Assembly: GCA_038231275.1 (NCBI GenBank)
Contig: JBBRLQ010000012.1
Span: 96,001-160,000 of the forward strand
Source of the DNA: Polyangiales bacterium
GTDB lineage: Bacteria; Myxococcota_A; Polyangia; Polyangiales; Polyangiaceae
Direction of reading: 5' to 3'
DNA: 64,000 bases
Under the pieces are notes generated by a model. The model was not told the origin of the DNA. It did not search any database and saw only the letters and a program-made list of their open reading frames with translations. Positions 1 through 9,728 of the stretch are shown here, in pieces. The position numbers and the translations under genes are program-made. Each line of letters opens with the position of its first letter. Position 1 is the first letter of the stretch.

Positions 1-2
1 CG

Positions 3-965
3 CGACAAGAGGTAGGGGTACGTCCCCCCCGGGCGCCAGAACGAATGGGTGACGGCGCAGAGATCCCCATTCTCCTCGTTGCCCTGGAGGAACACATCGA
101 GGGGCATCTGATCGATCGTCGCGTAGCCGTCGCCCGGGACTGTGTCGGTCACCGCCTCGATGATCTCGTGGCTGCCGGCGACCGTGACCATGTCGAGCGA
201 GTTGGTGATCGTCGGCCCGAAGTTGTCGCACTCGGCGATGACGCCGTACGCCACCGTGGCGCCGTTCCCGGCCTGCAGCGAGTCGTGGTAGCCGCCGTAC
301 CCTACGCCGTTCTGCGCCGGATCGGAGCACGATCCGCCGAGGTTCGTCGTCTTGGGGTAGTAGATCTGGTACATGTGCTGGTCGGTCGGCGTTCCGAACT
401 CCGGATGCGTGCCGTCCAGCTTCTTGGTGAGCCACGCGACGATCGGTCCTCCGTTGATCGACGCAGGCGCCGCCTCCGTGAGATCCACGGGCGTGCCGTA
501 CGTGTACGCGCCGATCCCGTACTCGCTGACGGCGTCATTCCAGTACGTGGCGATGGTGCCCAGCTTCGAGAGCTGCTCCTTCACCTGCGCGGTGTGGTCG
601 TAGCCCGGGAAGAAGATCGGAATGATGATCGGCGCAGTCAAGACGCCGGCGCCCGCCTTGCCGCGGACGAGCAGCGGAAACGGAGGGTGGGACGCGACCT
701 GGAAGGCGGCGTCGCCACCGCCCGAGTCATTCCCTGCGTCGCCGCCGCCGGAGTCTCCGCCCGTGTTGCCCGAGTCATCTCCGGCGCCCGTGTCGCTGCC
801 GGACGAGCCCCCGTCGCCGAGCGGTTGAATCGCGCCGGTGTCGATGCCGCCGGACGACGCGTCGGACGTGTTGTCCGGCGTCGCACCCCCGGAGTCGCTG
901 CTGCTTCCGCACGCGACGATGGCGGCGGTGACGAAGAGGGAGCCGAAAAGGACGAGGGCGCGCAT
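3..965 (-). CDS. Lipoprotein with SHEIIEAVTD (HExxE) motif; 3' end runs off the window
   Basis: Not in the ORF track (no stop inside the window). My translation: MRALVLFGSLFVTAAIVAC (lipobox), Gly/Asp/Ser linker, then YGGYH...SHEIIEAVTD...ENGDLC. GGAGG RBS upstream. Confidence 0.8.
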   Translation of the reverse strand, partial: MRALVLFGSLFVTAAIVACGSSSDSGGATPDNTSDASSGGIDTGAIQPLGDGGSSGSDTGAGDDSGNTGGDSGGGDAGNDSGGGDAAFQVASHPPFPLLVRGKAGAGVLTAPIIIPIFFPGYDHTAQVKEQLSKLGTIATYWNDAVSEYGIGAYTYGTPVDLTEAAPASINGGPIVAWLTKKLDGTHPEFGTPTDQHMYQIYYPKTTNLGGSCSDPAQNGVGYGGYHDSLQAGNGATVAYGVIAECDNFGPTITNSLDMVTVAGSHEIIEAVTDTVPGDGYATIDQMPLDVFLQGNEENGDLCAVTHSFWRPGGTYPYLLS

Positions 966-1101
966 GAAGAAACCTCCGCTACGGGCTGGGTCGCCCTCGA
1001 CATACGACGAAAAGGGCGCCTGTTCCCGCACTATTCGGCCCGGCGCCGCCAATTGCGCGGACAGCGGCGGATTCGCGCCTCACTGCACGCGGTGCGCGGT
1101 G

Positions 1102-1875
1102 TTAGGCCGCGCTCGGACGTTCGTGCACGAGGAGGTTAGGGTCGCCAGGCAGCACCGCGAGCCCCAGCGTAACCACTCGCGCGCCCCTCTCGGCCTCGCC
1201 GGCGGCGGCGTGCTCGCCCGCGGCCTTCACGATCGGTCCCGTGAGACGCCCCAGCTGCGCGCGCGTCAAAGGAACACCGACGAGCGCGTCGCCGATCGCC
1301 GTTGCGTCGCGCAGGAGGTCGACGAACGGCTCCTCCGCGCCGACGCGGACGAAGAGCGCGTCGAGGGAAGCTCGCGCGCGACGGACCGCGTCGTCGGGCA
1401 CCACGATCGCGTCCCCCCGCATCGCCCGCGCGATGCCGAGCACCGTGCGATGCCCCACGAGCGAGGTCGGCGCGCCGAGAGCATCCTCGTCCTTCCGCCA
1501 ACTCGCTGCGTCCATGTCGAGCCGCCGCGCGAGCACGTCGCCGGGGTAGAGGACGAAGTCGAGCGTCGCCACGCCGTCGGGGCACGTCGTGATCACGCGA
1601 TGGCGACCGCTCGGGACACCCGCGAAGCCGCGCACGGGACTCGCGGCGTACCTCGGCCAGTCTTCCTTCAGCCCGTCGAACGCGCACGCGCTCCACACGT
1701 TGTCGCGCAGGAGCACGCTCCCCGTGCCCGCCTCGGCCGCCGCGTCGGCCCCCTCGCCGTTCTCGTCGCCAACCTCGGACGATGCACGCACGCCATCCTT
1801 CCGCGCGCCGGTGACGTAGAGCCACAGAAGCGCGACGGCGAGGAGGCCGACGACGAGGAGGGCCGCGGAGAGCAC
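1102..1875 (-). CDS. Hypothetical membrane-anchored protein
   Basis: N-terminal hydrophobic helix; 10 bp downstream of the metallophosphoesterase on the same strand. Confidence 0.7.
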   Translation of the reverse strand: MLSAALLVVGLLAVALLWLYVTGARKDGVRASSEVGDENGEGADAAAEAGTGSVLLRDNVWSACAFDGLKEDWPRYAASPVRGFAGVPSGRHRVITTCPDGVATLDFVLYPGDVLARRLDMDAASWRKDEDALGAPTSLVGHRTVLGIARAMRGDAIVVPDDAVRRARASLDALFVRVGAEEPFVDLLRDATAIGDALVGVPLTRAQLGRLTGPIVKAAGEHAAAGEAERGARVVTLGLAVLPGDPNLLVHERPSAA

Positions 1876-1885
1876 TCCCGCGAGC

Positions 1886-3394
1886 TTACTCCGAGGGCGG
1901 CTTGGCCGCTTTGGCTGCCGCGGGGGCGACGAAGCTCTGGGGGCCGTCGTCGGGGGACCACGTGAGAAAGTGCGCCGTCGGACCGGTCTCGCCGCGGTCG
2001 ATCACGAGGTGCGTGCGCGCCGCGCGGACTCGCATGCTCGCGCGCTCCCCTTCGGCTTCTTCTTCGGCCCACGAGCCCACGTTGATGTACGTCGTCGCCT
2101 GCGAGACTGGAACACGGAGCGGCACGTGCGTGTGCCCCATCACCACGAACGCGGCCGGGAACAAGCGCGAGAGGTGCGCCGCGCGTTCGACCAGGAACTC
2201 GTCGGGATCCACCTTGCGGCGCGACGACAGGTACCGATGCGAGAGGAGCCACGCGACGGCGATGCACGCGCCCGCGTACCAGAAGTTGTGGTGGCGAACG
2301 CCGGCGACGAGCGCCGTCACGACGAGGGCCAGCGAGCACGCCATCGCCACCGCGAGCCGGTCGAGCAGCACGCTCGCGAGGATGCCGCCGATCGACGCGG
2401 TGACGGGCGGGACCTGGAGCGCCGCGAGCGCGCGCAGGCGATCCAAGCCGATGCGCGTCGCCACCGCCAAGAGCCCCATGCGCCGATCGTGCTCCTCGCG
2501 CAGCGCGCGCGCCGGCTCGAGGAAGTACTCGCTGCGCACGCGGAACAGCTCCCGCACGGCGTAGACGAAGCGGACGAGCAGCCGCACGCCGCCGCGCAGT
2601 CCGAGGCGCGTCCCCAGCTGCACGTAGTCGACGAGACCCATCTTGTCGTGCCCGTGCTCGCGCAGGCCTCGCGTCTGCCGCACCACGAAGCGCAGGAGCA
2701 CGTCGCAGAACCCGCGGCGAATGCGGCGCGGATCGGCGGGAGAGAGCGGCGCCATGAACGTCGGCGTCGCGCAGAACTCGTCGTACTGGTGGCCGTGCTC
2801 GATGTACGCGAGGTTCTCGTCGTAGAAAAACCACTCGTTGAACGCGATGCGATCGGCGAAAGCGACCGGATCGACCTCGGCCCGGCGCGCGGCGGTCCAG
2901 AGCTGCTCTTTGATCTCCGCCTTCACGTCGTCCCAATAGAGCTCGAGGTCGTGGTTGCCGTGCACGAACGTGAGCGCGTGACCGTCGGCGACGAAGGTCG
3001 CGAGCTCGTGGAACACGTCGGCGTGCCGAGCCGCGACGCGCTTCACCTTCACCCGCGCGTGATCGGAGGCGTTTCCGAGCCCGTGCTCCTTCTCCTCTTC
3101 GCTCGGCGCGGTCGACAGCTCGTCCGCGCGCGGCCGGATCGCCATGCCGATGAAGTCGATGAAGTCGCCGGCGACGACGATGCGCCACCTGCTCCCTTTG
3201 GGCGGCGTCTTTCGGTAATGGGCGAGGAGCGCGACGAGGTCCCGATCGATCGAGGGCGAGCGGCGAATGCCAGGCAGCGGATGCTCGTTCAGATCGCTAC
3301 CAAGGTGCACGTCGCTGAACACCAGCAGGCTCTCCCCGGTAGAAGGAAAATTTGGGCTTGGAACGTTTTCTCCCACGCTTAACTTCTGAGCCAC
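1886..3394 (-). CDS. Calcineurin-like metallophosphoesterase with C-terminal transmembrane hairpin
   Basis: Motifs SDVHLG, GDFIDF, GNHD, EHGH and GHTH; two TM helices lie between the last two motifs. Confidence 0.9.
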   Translation of the reverse strand: MAQKLSVGENVPSPNFPSTGESLLVFSDVHLGSDLNEHPLPGIRRSPSIDRDLVALLAHYRKTPPKGSRWRIVVAGDFIDFIGMAIRPRADELSTAPSEEEKEHGLGNASDHARVKVKRVAARHADVFHELATFVADGHALTFVHGNHDLELYWDDVKAEIKEQLWTAARRAEVDPVAFADRIAFNEWFFYDENLAYIEHGHQYDEFCATPTFMAPLSPADPRRIRRGFCDVLLRFVVRQTRGLREHGHDKMGLVDYVQLGTRLGLRGGVRLLVRFVYAVRELFRVRSEYFLEPARALREEHDRRMGLLAVATRIGLDRLRALAALQVPPVTASIGGILASVLLDRLAVAMACSLALVVTALVAGVRHHNFWYAGACIAVAWLLSHRYLSSRRKVDPDEFLVERAAHLSRLFPAAFVVMGHTHVPLRVPVSQATTYINVGSWAEEEAEGERASMRVRAARTHLVIDRGETGPTAHFLTWSPDDGPQSFVAPAAAKAAKPPSE

Positions 3395-3514
3395 GTTCGG
3401 GGGTACGGCAAGGTTCCAAGGGTCATAAGCCTGTCAGCCCCGCCGCGACGCGATCGGCGCTGCGAACGAACGCGGCGCGCTGCGTCACGGCGGGGGACGG
3501 GTTACACTGTCTCC

Positions 3515-4639
3515 ATGGCGCAGAAGGAGGGGCCCGTGCTTGACGCGATGGCGAGCGCCCCCGCGCCCGGCCGCCGCGGCCCCCTCGACAAAGTCCGCCA
3601 GTTCTTGCGGAAAAACGGCAAGCGCCTTTGGTGGCTCCACTCGGTCTACGCGCTCGGCCTTGGCACGACGGTCGTGGTGTTCGCGCAGAAGGGCTTCGAT
3701 CACGCGCGCTGGCTGGCCATCTCGCTCAGCCTGGCGTGGCTCCTGGTCGTTCTCTTTTTCCGCATCTTCGGGAGCGGCGCGCGGCAGGAGAACGTCGAAT
3801 ACGCCCACGCGCATGTGCGTCTGCGCTTCTTCGCGATGACGTACGTGCTGAAAAATCTCTACCAGGGGATGCTCTTCTTCCTCCTCCCCTTCTACTGGAA
3901 GAGTACGACGCTCGGCGATCGCAACTCGTGGTTCATCGCCGCGCTCGCGGCGTGCGCGCTCCTCTCGACGCTCGACATCGTCTTCGACCGCGTCCTGATG
4001 AAGTGGCGCGTGCTCGCGTCGATGTTCCACGGCCTGACGCTCTTCGGGTGCCTGAACCTCGTCATCCCCGCGCTCTTTCCGGACACGCAGACGCTCACGT
4101 CGCTCCTCTTCGCGGCGGGCATCACTGTCGTGTTCTTCTGGACGCTGCACGTTCCGCTCTCCGCGCTGAAGAAGAAATGGGTCATCGCGCTCTTCTTCGC
4201 GTCGCTCGCGGCCGGGACGAGCGGCGTCTACTTCGCGCGTCGCGGCATCCCGCCGGTCCCGATGCACGTGCACTACGCCGCCGTCGGTCCCCAGGTCACC
4301 AAAGACGGACGCCTCGCGATGGAAGTGAGGACGCTCCACTCCTCGGTCATCCACGAGCTCATTTGCGTCACCGACGTGGTCGTCCCCGGCGGCCACGGCG
4401 ACACGCTCCACCATGTGTGGCGAAAAGACGGGAGCGAGGTCGAGCGCTGGGGGGAGGACACGTCGCGCGTAGCCGATCCGGGAGCCGCCGGAGCCGCGAC
4501 GCCGAAGGGGATCGTCCGCCTGCGCTCGACGCTGCAGAAGAAGGATTTGCCCGCAAATTTGGCCGGATCGTGGTCGGTCGACGTCGAGACCGACGACGGC
4601 CAGCTCGTCGGCCGCGCGACGTTCCAGGTCGTCGACTGA
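3515..4639 (+). CDS. Multi-pass membrane protein with C-terminal DUF2914-like domain
   Basis: About 7-8 TM helices, then LHHVWRKDG...GSWSVDVETDDGQLVGR, typical of DUF2914. Confidence 0.8.
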   Translation: MAQKEGPVLDAMASAPAPGRRGPLDKVRQFLRKNGKRLWWLHSVYALGLGTTVVVFAQKGFDHARWLAISLSLAWLLVVLFFRIFGSGARQENVEYAHAHVRLRFFAMTYVLKNLYQGMLFFLLPFYWKSTTLGDRNSWFIAALAACALLSTLDIVFDRVLMKWRVLASMFHGLTLFGCLNLVIPALFPDTQTLTSLLFAAGITVVFFWTLHVPLSALKKKWVIALFFASLAAGTSGVYFARRGIPPVPMHVHYAAVGPQVTKDGRLAMEVRTLHSSVIHELICVTDVVVPGGHGDTLHHVWRKDGSEVERWGEDTSRVADPGAAGAATPKGIVRLRSTLQKKDLPANLAGSWSVDVETDDGQLVGRATFQVVD

Positions 4640-4694
4640 GGGACTTCGACCCATAGGAAGGTATCCGGACGCGAGGCCGTATACCCGGCCGGCC

Positions 4695-5375
4695 ATGAGG
4701 ACGGACGAATCAAGCGTCGAGCTCGAAGAGGATCTCGAAAGAGACCTCGCCGAGACGTACGACCCGGAGCAAGGGATGCGTCCGAAGCAGCACTCGTTCG
4801 TACGCATGTGCCTCGAGGATCCGTTCGACGACGATCCGGTCTACTCCGAGCCGCCGACGCTGCGCCCGACCAGCGCCCCGCACCGCGCGACGCTCGCCAA
4901 CGATCAGCTCAATTTCACGGTGAACCTGCTCCACCTCGCGCGCCTGCTTCAGGCGGAGCCCGTGGGCCTGTTGACCGTCGCGGCGTCGCGAAAAATCGCG
5001 GCCCGCCTCGGCGATCTCGAGGACGTGCGCGAGGCGATCGACGCCGTGCTCGCCGTCCGGGACGCGCGCCTCGAGCGCATGCTCGGGTCGGGGGCCGCCC
5101 TCTCGGCGTATCTGAAGGGGCTCTATCTTTACGTCGAGGGGATCGTCGAGACGCTGGAGGAGGCGCTGTCCGGGCTCGCGTCGATCGACGGCGCTGCGCT
5201 GCGATTTCGGCTTGCCGCGGCCTCGCAGTTCTATTTCGACGGCCTGATGCACGCGATCCGCTTCGATCTCGCGCAGAGCGAAGGGCGCGAAGGAGCGGAG
5301 GCGCGCGGCGCGACCGAGGAGCTCTTCTTCGCGGCGACGTTCCTCCACGAGCAGATCCTGAACGCCGTGCGCTGA
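4695..5375 (+). CDS. Hypothetical protein (acidic N-terminus, helical C-terminus)
   Basis: Protein-like composition; fills the gap between neighbouring genes. Confidence 0.7.
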   Translation: MRTDESSVELEEDLERDLAETYDPEQGMRPKQHSFVRMCLEDPFDDDPVYSEPPTLRPTSAPHRATLANDQLNFTVNLLHLARLLQAEPVGLLTVAASRKIAARLGDLEDVREAIDAVLAVRDARLERMLGSGAALSAYLKGLYLYVEGIVETLEEALSGLASIDGAALRFRLAAASQFYFDGLMHAIRFDLAQSEGREGAEARGATEELFFAATFLHEQILNAVR

Positions 5376-5420
5376 GGGGTCGGGCACGGGTACGAGATGG
5401 GCACGAGGCGGGACGGGCAC

Positions 5421-5498
5421 GATGTGGCACATGTGGCACATCACCAACGGCGTAAGCGACTGATTTCCCCTGAAGAGTTGGCTGGTGCGCCGCGTGCT
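5421..5498 (+). promoter_or_regulatory. Sigma54 promoter with IHF site and upstream repeat (candidate activator site)
   Basis: TGGTGCGCCGCGTGCT at 5483-5498 (GG-N10-GC). Minus-strand AATCAGTCGCTTA at ~5453-5465 matches IHF consensus WATCARNNNNTTR. GATGTGGCACATGTGGCACATC at 5421-5442. Confidence 0.65.
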
Positions 5499-5513
5499 TA
5501 GGCGGCGAGCATC

Positions 5514-6626
5514 ATGAAGCTTCGTCCTTGCACACTCGCCTTCGTTCTCTTCGCGACGCCGCTCGCTGCGTGCTCTTCTTCTTCGTCGTCGTCGTCACCC
5601 ACGAACGCGGACGCGGGCGACGGCGGGCCTACTCCCCTGCCCGATGGCGGTCCGACGCCCGCTCCGACGCCGCCGTATCCGAGCGACGACTCGACTGTGC
5701 TCGTCATCGGGCTCGACGCCGAGGATTTCCGGCAGACGCTCGGGATGGATCTCCAGAAGGTTCGCGTGCGGACGACGGTTGATGGACAACCGGCGACCGA
5801 GGAGACGATCGATCTGAGGGCGGGGAGCTCGCTGCCGCACGAGACGACCCTCAAGGCGCCGAAGGCGAAGAAGGACGCGCCCGTCGAGATCACCGTGGAG
5901 GGCTTCATCCCCGCGGACACGTCGCAGCCCCCGCCGGCGAGCGGTTGGCCCGCCAACGTCGTGCGGCACGCGACGACGAAGTTCGTGCCGAATGACACGC
6001 GCGTGCTCCCGATCCGGCTCGAGGCGCGCTGCGCGTCGGTGGCGCCGCCGCTGCTCGGAGGGAGCTTCTTCCTCGGCCCAACGTGCGACGCGCCGACGAC
6101 CTGCATCGCCGACAAGTGTCAGCCCGACGCGATCGATCCCGCCTCGCTGCCGAAGTACACGAAGACCTGGGACGTCGACATGCCCGACGCCTGCCGCGCA
6201 AGCGCGCCGAGCCTTACCATCGGCGGCGGCGAGACCGACTTCGCGCCGGTCGCCGACGGCGCGACGGTGCAGATCGTAGAAGGCGGCCAGTGCGGCCACC
6301 ACGTGTGGATCGGCGTGAAGATGGCCGGCATGCGGCAGTACGGGACGACGACCACGATCACCTCGGTCGTTCCGAGCACCGCGCTCGCCGGCCCATCCAG
6401 CACCTTCTCGTTCGCGTACGGAGACGCCGGCGGAGGCGCGTGCGAGATCGGTGGCCTCCGCTACCAGCTCGAAGGCGCGACCGGCGGGACGTGGAAGGAT
6501 TTCCTGGGAAAACCCCTGGATCTCACGGTCAAGGTGACCGACCCCACGACCGGCAAATCCAGCACGGGCACGCTCCACGTGAACGTCGACGTGACGTATC
6601 AGAAGGGCGGACGCCCCTGCGGCTGA
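5514..6626 (+). CDS. Secreted lipoprotein
   Basis: LAAC lipobox, Ser/Pro linker, Cys-containing beta-rich domains. Confidence 0.85.
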   Translation: MKLRPCTLAFVLFATPLAACSSSSSSSSPTNADAGDGGPTPLPDGGPTPAPTPPYPSDDSTVLVIGLDAEDFRQTLGMDLQKVRVRTTVDGQPATEETIDLRAGSSLPHETTLKAPKAKKDAPVEITVEGFIPADTSQPPPASGWPANVVRHATTKFVPNDTRVLPIRLEARCASVAPPLLGGSFFLGPTCDAPTTCIADKCQPDAIDPASLPKYTKTWDVDMPDACRASAPSLTIGGGETDFAPVADGATVQIVEGGQCGHHVWIGVKMAGMRQYGTTTTITSVVPSTALAGPSSTFSFAYGDAGGGACEIGGLRYQLEGATGGTWKDFLGKPLDLTVKVTDPTTGKSSTGTLHVNVDVTYQKGGRPCG

Positions 6627-6683
6627 TGCATCCGCGCGCCGACCGTCAGGAGCGTTTCGCTCCGCTACGCTTCGCTCGACTCA

Positions 6684-7583
6684 TCACTGGCCGACGCAGT
6701 AGATGTGCAGCGTCGGGCACCACGGATCGCTCACGCTGACGGTCGCCTTGGGGGTCGGGATCGCGAGCGACGCGCCGCCGGGGCAGATCTCGGTCGCGTC
6801 CTCGCCGGTGGCAATCATGCCGGCGAGCGAGCTCCGGAACGCCACGCGGGTCGTGTCGTTGTTCCAGCGCGCGTCGTGTCCGTCGAAGTTCTTCCATTCG
6901 TGGAGGAAGCCGCACGCGTTGGCGCGCGTGGGGTTGTGCGTGCTCACCTGTGACGCGACGCTCAGGTGGCTCGGATCGATCGAGCTGGCGCGGAGCGCGT
7001 CGCGGAACGTTCGCACTGCCAAGTCGGTTTCTTCGCGCGCGCACTGGAGCGCTTCGGGCGTGCTGTCCGGATCCTCGCCGCTCGAGATGCACCAGTCGCG
7101 GATGCTGTACCAGGCGTGCTGCGGGTTGCTCATCCCGTGGTGCGCGCAGTTGTCTTGGATCGTGTGGAGCGAGCGCCCCAGCGCCTTTGCGAGCTTGTCG
7201 ACGGATGCGCCATCAGGGATGCCTTCGCCCATGATCTGATGCATCTCGCCGCCGAGCGAGTGGAGCCGCGTCTGCACGGCCAACGCCGCCTCGCATTGCG
7301 ACTGACCTGCCTCGGGCTGCGAGTGCGCGGCGAGCGTGGTCCACTCGTCGTGATCGACGTTGAACGCCTCGGCCTGCACGCGGCTACAGAAGCTCTCGCC
7401 GAGCCCGTGCGAGCGGCACGCGGCGCCCGTGATTGCGCTGTGGTCCTTCGTCTTGAGCGGATCCTGCGTCTGGCTCGGCGGATCCGCGACGGGCTCGACG
7501 GCGCACCCGACGGTGAGGCCGGCGGACGCGAGGACGAGGACGGCGACGTGCGAAACGACGGCAGCGAGGGAGCGACGGCTCAT
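6684..7583 (-). CDS. Lipoprotein with Zn-dependent phospholipase C/P1/Het-C-like motif
   Basis: TVGC lipobox; DHSAIT, AAHSQ and LGRSLHTIQDNCAH (HxxQDxxxH); GGAGG RBS. Confidence 0.7.
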   Translation of the reverse strand: MSRRSLAAVVSHVAVLVLASAGLTVGCAVEPVADPPSQTQDPLKTKDHSAITGAACRSHGLGESFCSRVQAEAFNVDHDEWTTLAAHSQPEAGQSQCEAALAVQTRLHSLGGEMHQIMGEGIPDGASVDKLAKALGRSLHTIQDNCAHHGMSNPQHAWYSIRDWCISSGEDPDSTPEALQCAREETDLAVRTFRDALRASSIDPSHLSVASQVSTHNPTRANACGFLHEWKNFDGHDARWNNDTTRVAFRSSLAGMIATGEDATEICPGGASLAIPTPKATVSVSDPWCPTLHIYCVGQ

Positions 7584-7604
7584 GACGGCCTCCAGGCGGA
7601 AGGG

Positions 7605-7649
7605 GTAGGAAACTTTCCTACATCTTCTTACCTAGCAAGGGCCGGGCCG
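7605..7649 (-). promoter_or_regulatory. Sigma54 promoter plus operator-like palindrome upstream of the 7583 gene
   Basis: Minus-strand CGGCCCGGCCCTTGCT at 7649-7634 (GG-N10-GC); perfect inverted repeat GTAGGAAA-C-TTTCCTAC at 7605-7621. Confidence 0.6.
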
Positions 7650-7751
7650 TTCTGGGACCTACTGCATGTGTTCGAGATCATTGGCCGCCGATCGCCGCGG
7701 AGACCAAGGTAGGCCCATGTGGGATGGGAGAGAGTCCCACCCCCGATAGAA

Positions 7752-8927
7752 TCAGCCGCCGAAAAAGCTGCAGATCTGCGAGGGGCCCGGGCAGCACACG
7801 TCCCCGCCGCCGCCCGGGCCCTGGCTCGTGTGGAAGCAGACCTTCGCGCCGGTGCTCGGGTAGTAGTACGCCCAGAAGAAGCACATCTCCTGGTTGGCCG
7901 ACTCCCCGAAGCTCACGGACTGGCTCGACGTGTTGTTCCAATCGCACGTGAAGCGGAAGCCGCCGTTCGCGGGGACCTTGAAGGTTGGGCTGAACGTCTG
8001 CGTCTTCGGCTCCGACCACAACCACCCCGGCACGTTGTAGACCGACGTGCCCGGATCGGCGGCGCTCGCGACGGCGTCGACGGTCACGTTCGTTCCGTAC
8101 TGGTGCTCGTGCCCGGTCATCGCGAAGAAGTTCGCGTTCGCGTACTCCGGCGGCAGCTTGAAGAACGACGGCCCGAGCGTGAAGGTCGAGTGCGCGGCGA
8201 TCTGAATGTCCGGATTGCCGATGAAGAGGAAGCCCCCCTCGTACTTGAAGTCGGCGTCGGCGATCGGAATGAAGGTGCTCGTGGCGGTGAGCGTCACCGG
8301 CGACCCGCCCGGATTGATGTAGTGCACCTCGAGCCGCACCATTTGGTTCGCGTCGAGCGTGTAGCCGACGTTCGGCGGCAGCTGGAGGAGATCGTCCTTC
8401 TTCTGCGTGACGATCAGAGGCGAGCCCTTCGCCGGGTTCAAGGTGTCGGTGAACGGCTTGCAGTCGATCGGCGTGACCTGCTCGACCGTGTCGGCGACCT
8501 TGTAGACGATCATATGGTGCGACGCGGGGCCGAGCTGATCGTGGATCTGTCCGACGTGCAGCGCCGCCGCGTTGCCGAGGCGCTTGGTGATGCACTGCGT
8601 CTTCTCGACCTGCGGCCCAACCGTCGTCGGCGGGAACGTGATCGTGTACGAGCCCGGCGGCGGATTGCCCGACGAGCCGGAGGTGCCGGACGTTCCCGAG
8701 GTGCCAGACGTGCCGGACGTGCCCGACGTTCCAGACGTGCCGGACGTGCCCGACGTTCCAGACGTGCCCGACGTCCCTGAGGTGCCCGACGCGCCGGAGG
8801 TGCCGCCAGAAGTGCCGGACGTGCCCCCGGAAGCGCCGCTGCTGCTTCCGTCGGAGCTCGTCGATCCTCCGCACGCCGCCGCAATCACGAGAAGGAAAAG
8901 ACCCGAAGCCAGCGCAGCCTTACGCAT
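7752..8927 (-). CDS. Copper type II (PHM/DBH-like) monooxygenase lipoprotein
   Basis: AAAC lipobox, (GTS)n linker, CuH ligands SHHM and VHY, CuM ligands GHEH and QEMC. Confidence 0.85.
   Translation of the reverse strand: MRKAALASGLFLLVIAAACGGSTSSDGSSSGASGGTSGTSGGTSGASGTSGTSGTSGTSGTSGTSGTSGTSGTSGTSGTSGTSGSSGNPPPGSYTITFPPTTVGPQVEKTQCITKRLGNAAALHVGQIHDQLGPASHHMIVYKVADTVEQVTPIDCKPFTDTLNPAKGSPLIVTQKKDDLLQLPPNVGYTLDANQMVRLEVHYINPGGSPVTLTATSTFIPIADADFKYEGGFLFIGNPDIQIAAHSTFTLGPSFFKLPPEYANANFFAMTGHEHQYGTNVTVDAVASAADPGTSVYNVPGWLWSEPKTQTFSPTFKVPANGGFRFTCDWNNTSSQSVSFGESANQEMCFFWAYYYPSTGAKVCFHTSQGPGGGGDVCCPGPSQICSFFGG
8675..8835 (-). repeat. Coding 9-bp tandem repeat (Gly-Thr-Ser)n linker
   Basis: Repeated GACGTGCC(G/C)/GACGTTCC(A/C) units with synonymous variation. 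Confidence 0.9.
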
Positions 8928-9092
8928 GCGCGGGTTTTAGCCCGCCGATCGCGGAGGTGCCACTTCCCTTACGATTTCATCATCATAACGACACGACCCG
9001 CGATGTAGGTCGGCCCGTCTCCGCGGCGCTCGGGCCCGTCAGCGACTTCTTCGCGTCGCCGCGGACCATCCTCGGTACTGTGTGGCCTCAAC

Positions 9093-9728
9093 GTGATGGG
9101 TCGCGGCAAAAGGACCTTCGGGGCAGCGTGCATCCTCTTCTCCGCGCTCACTTGCTGCGCGGAGCTTCGGGAGATGAAGCTCGGGAAGATGCCATGGGAC
9201 CACCCCAGCATCGTCGAGGTGGCCCCCAAGGGGCCCATGCTCCCGCTCGTGTCGCCGGGCGAGACGTTGAGGGGGGACAAGGGGCCGGCGAGCGCGCCCT
9301 ACCCCGCGTCCTTCGGCGCGACGATCAAGGCCGACGGCACCGTGATCTTTCCGGAGGGAGCGCCAGGCAAAGTGCGCGGCGCGAGCATCGTCGTCGGTGG
9401 CAGCCCGGTCGTCACGCTCTCGGCGGACGGCGAGGTCTCGGGAAACGGCCTCAAGCACCGCTATCGCTTCGCGCCCGACGGCGATCTGCTCGACGCCAAC
9501 GGCCGCGGCCTCCGTCTCGCCCCCGACGGCGGCGTGCGCGCCATCGGGGGGCCGTACCACTACAAGGACGTGATGGTGTGGGCCGGCGCTGTGACGACGA
9601 GCACGCCGTACGACAAGCCGAAGGGCGAGGCCGCGGCGCCCTCGTGGGATCGCACGTCGTGGCGCACCGTTGCGATCGTGTCGCTCCTCATGGTGGAGAA
9701 CCTGCTCCCCGAAGCGCTCGGCAGGTGA
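9093..9728 (+). CDS. Hypothetical exported protein or lipoprotein
   Basis: Hydrophobic N-terminus ending LTCC; beta-hairpin-like xDG repeats; GTGA overlap with the next gene. Confidence 0.7.
   Translation: MMGRGKRTFGAACILFSALTCCAELREMKLGKMPWDHPSIVEVAPKGPMLPLVSPGETLRGDKGPASAPYPASFGATIKADGTVIFPEGAPGKVRGASIVVGGSPVVTLSADGEVSGNGLKHRYRFAPDGDLLDANGRGLRLAPDGGVRAIGGPYHYKDVMVWAGAVTTSTPYDKPKGEAAAPSWDRTSWRTVAIVSLLMVENLLPEALGR

Noticed and set aside
6644..6683. CGCTN pentamer run (CGCTCCGCTACGCTTCGCTC) between convergent genes
   Set aside because: Too short to distinguish from a terminator-like or low-complexity sequence, and there is no clear second copy in the window.
8675..8835. Regular short repeats (also 52133-52273 and 11153-11188) as a possible CRISPR array or phase-variation tract
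   Set aside because: No spacers and no cas genes. Unit lengths are multiples of 3 with synonymous variation, so these are protein linkers.
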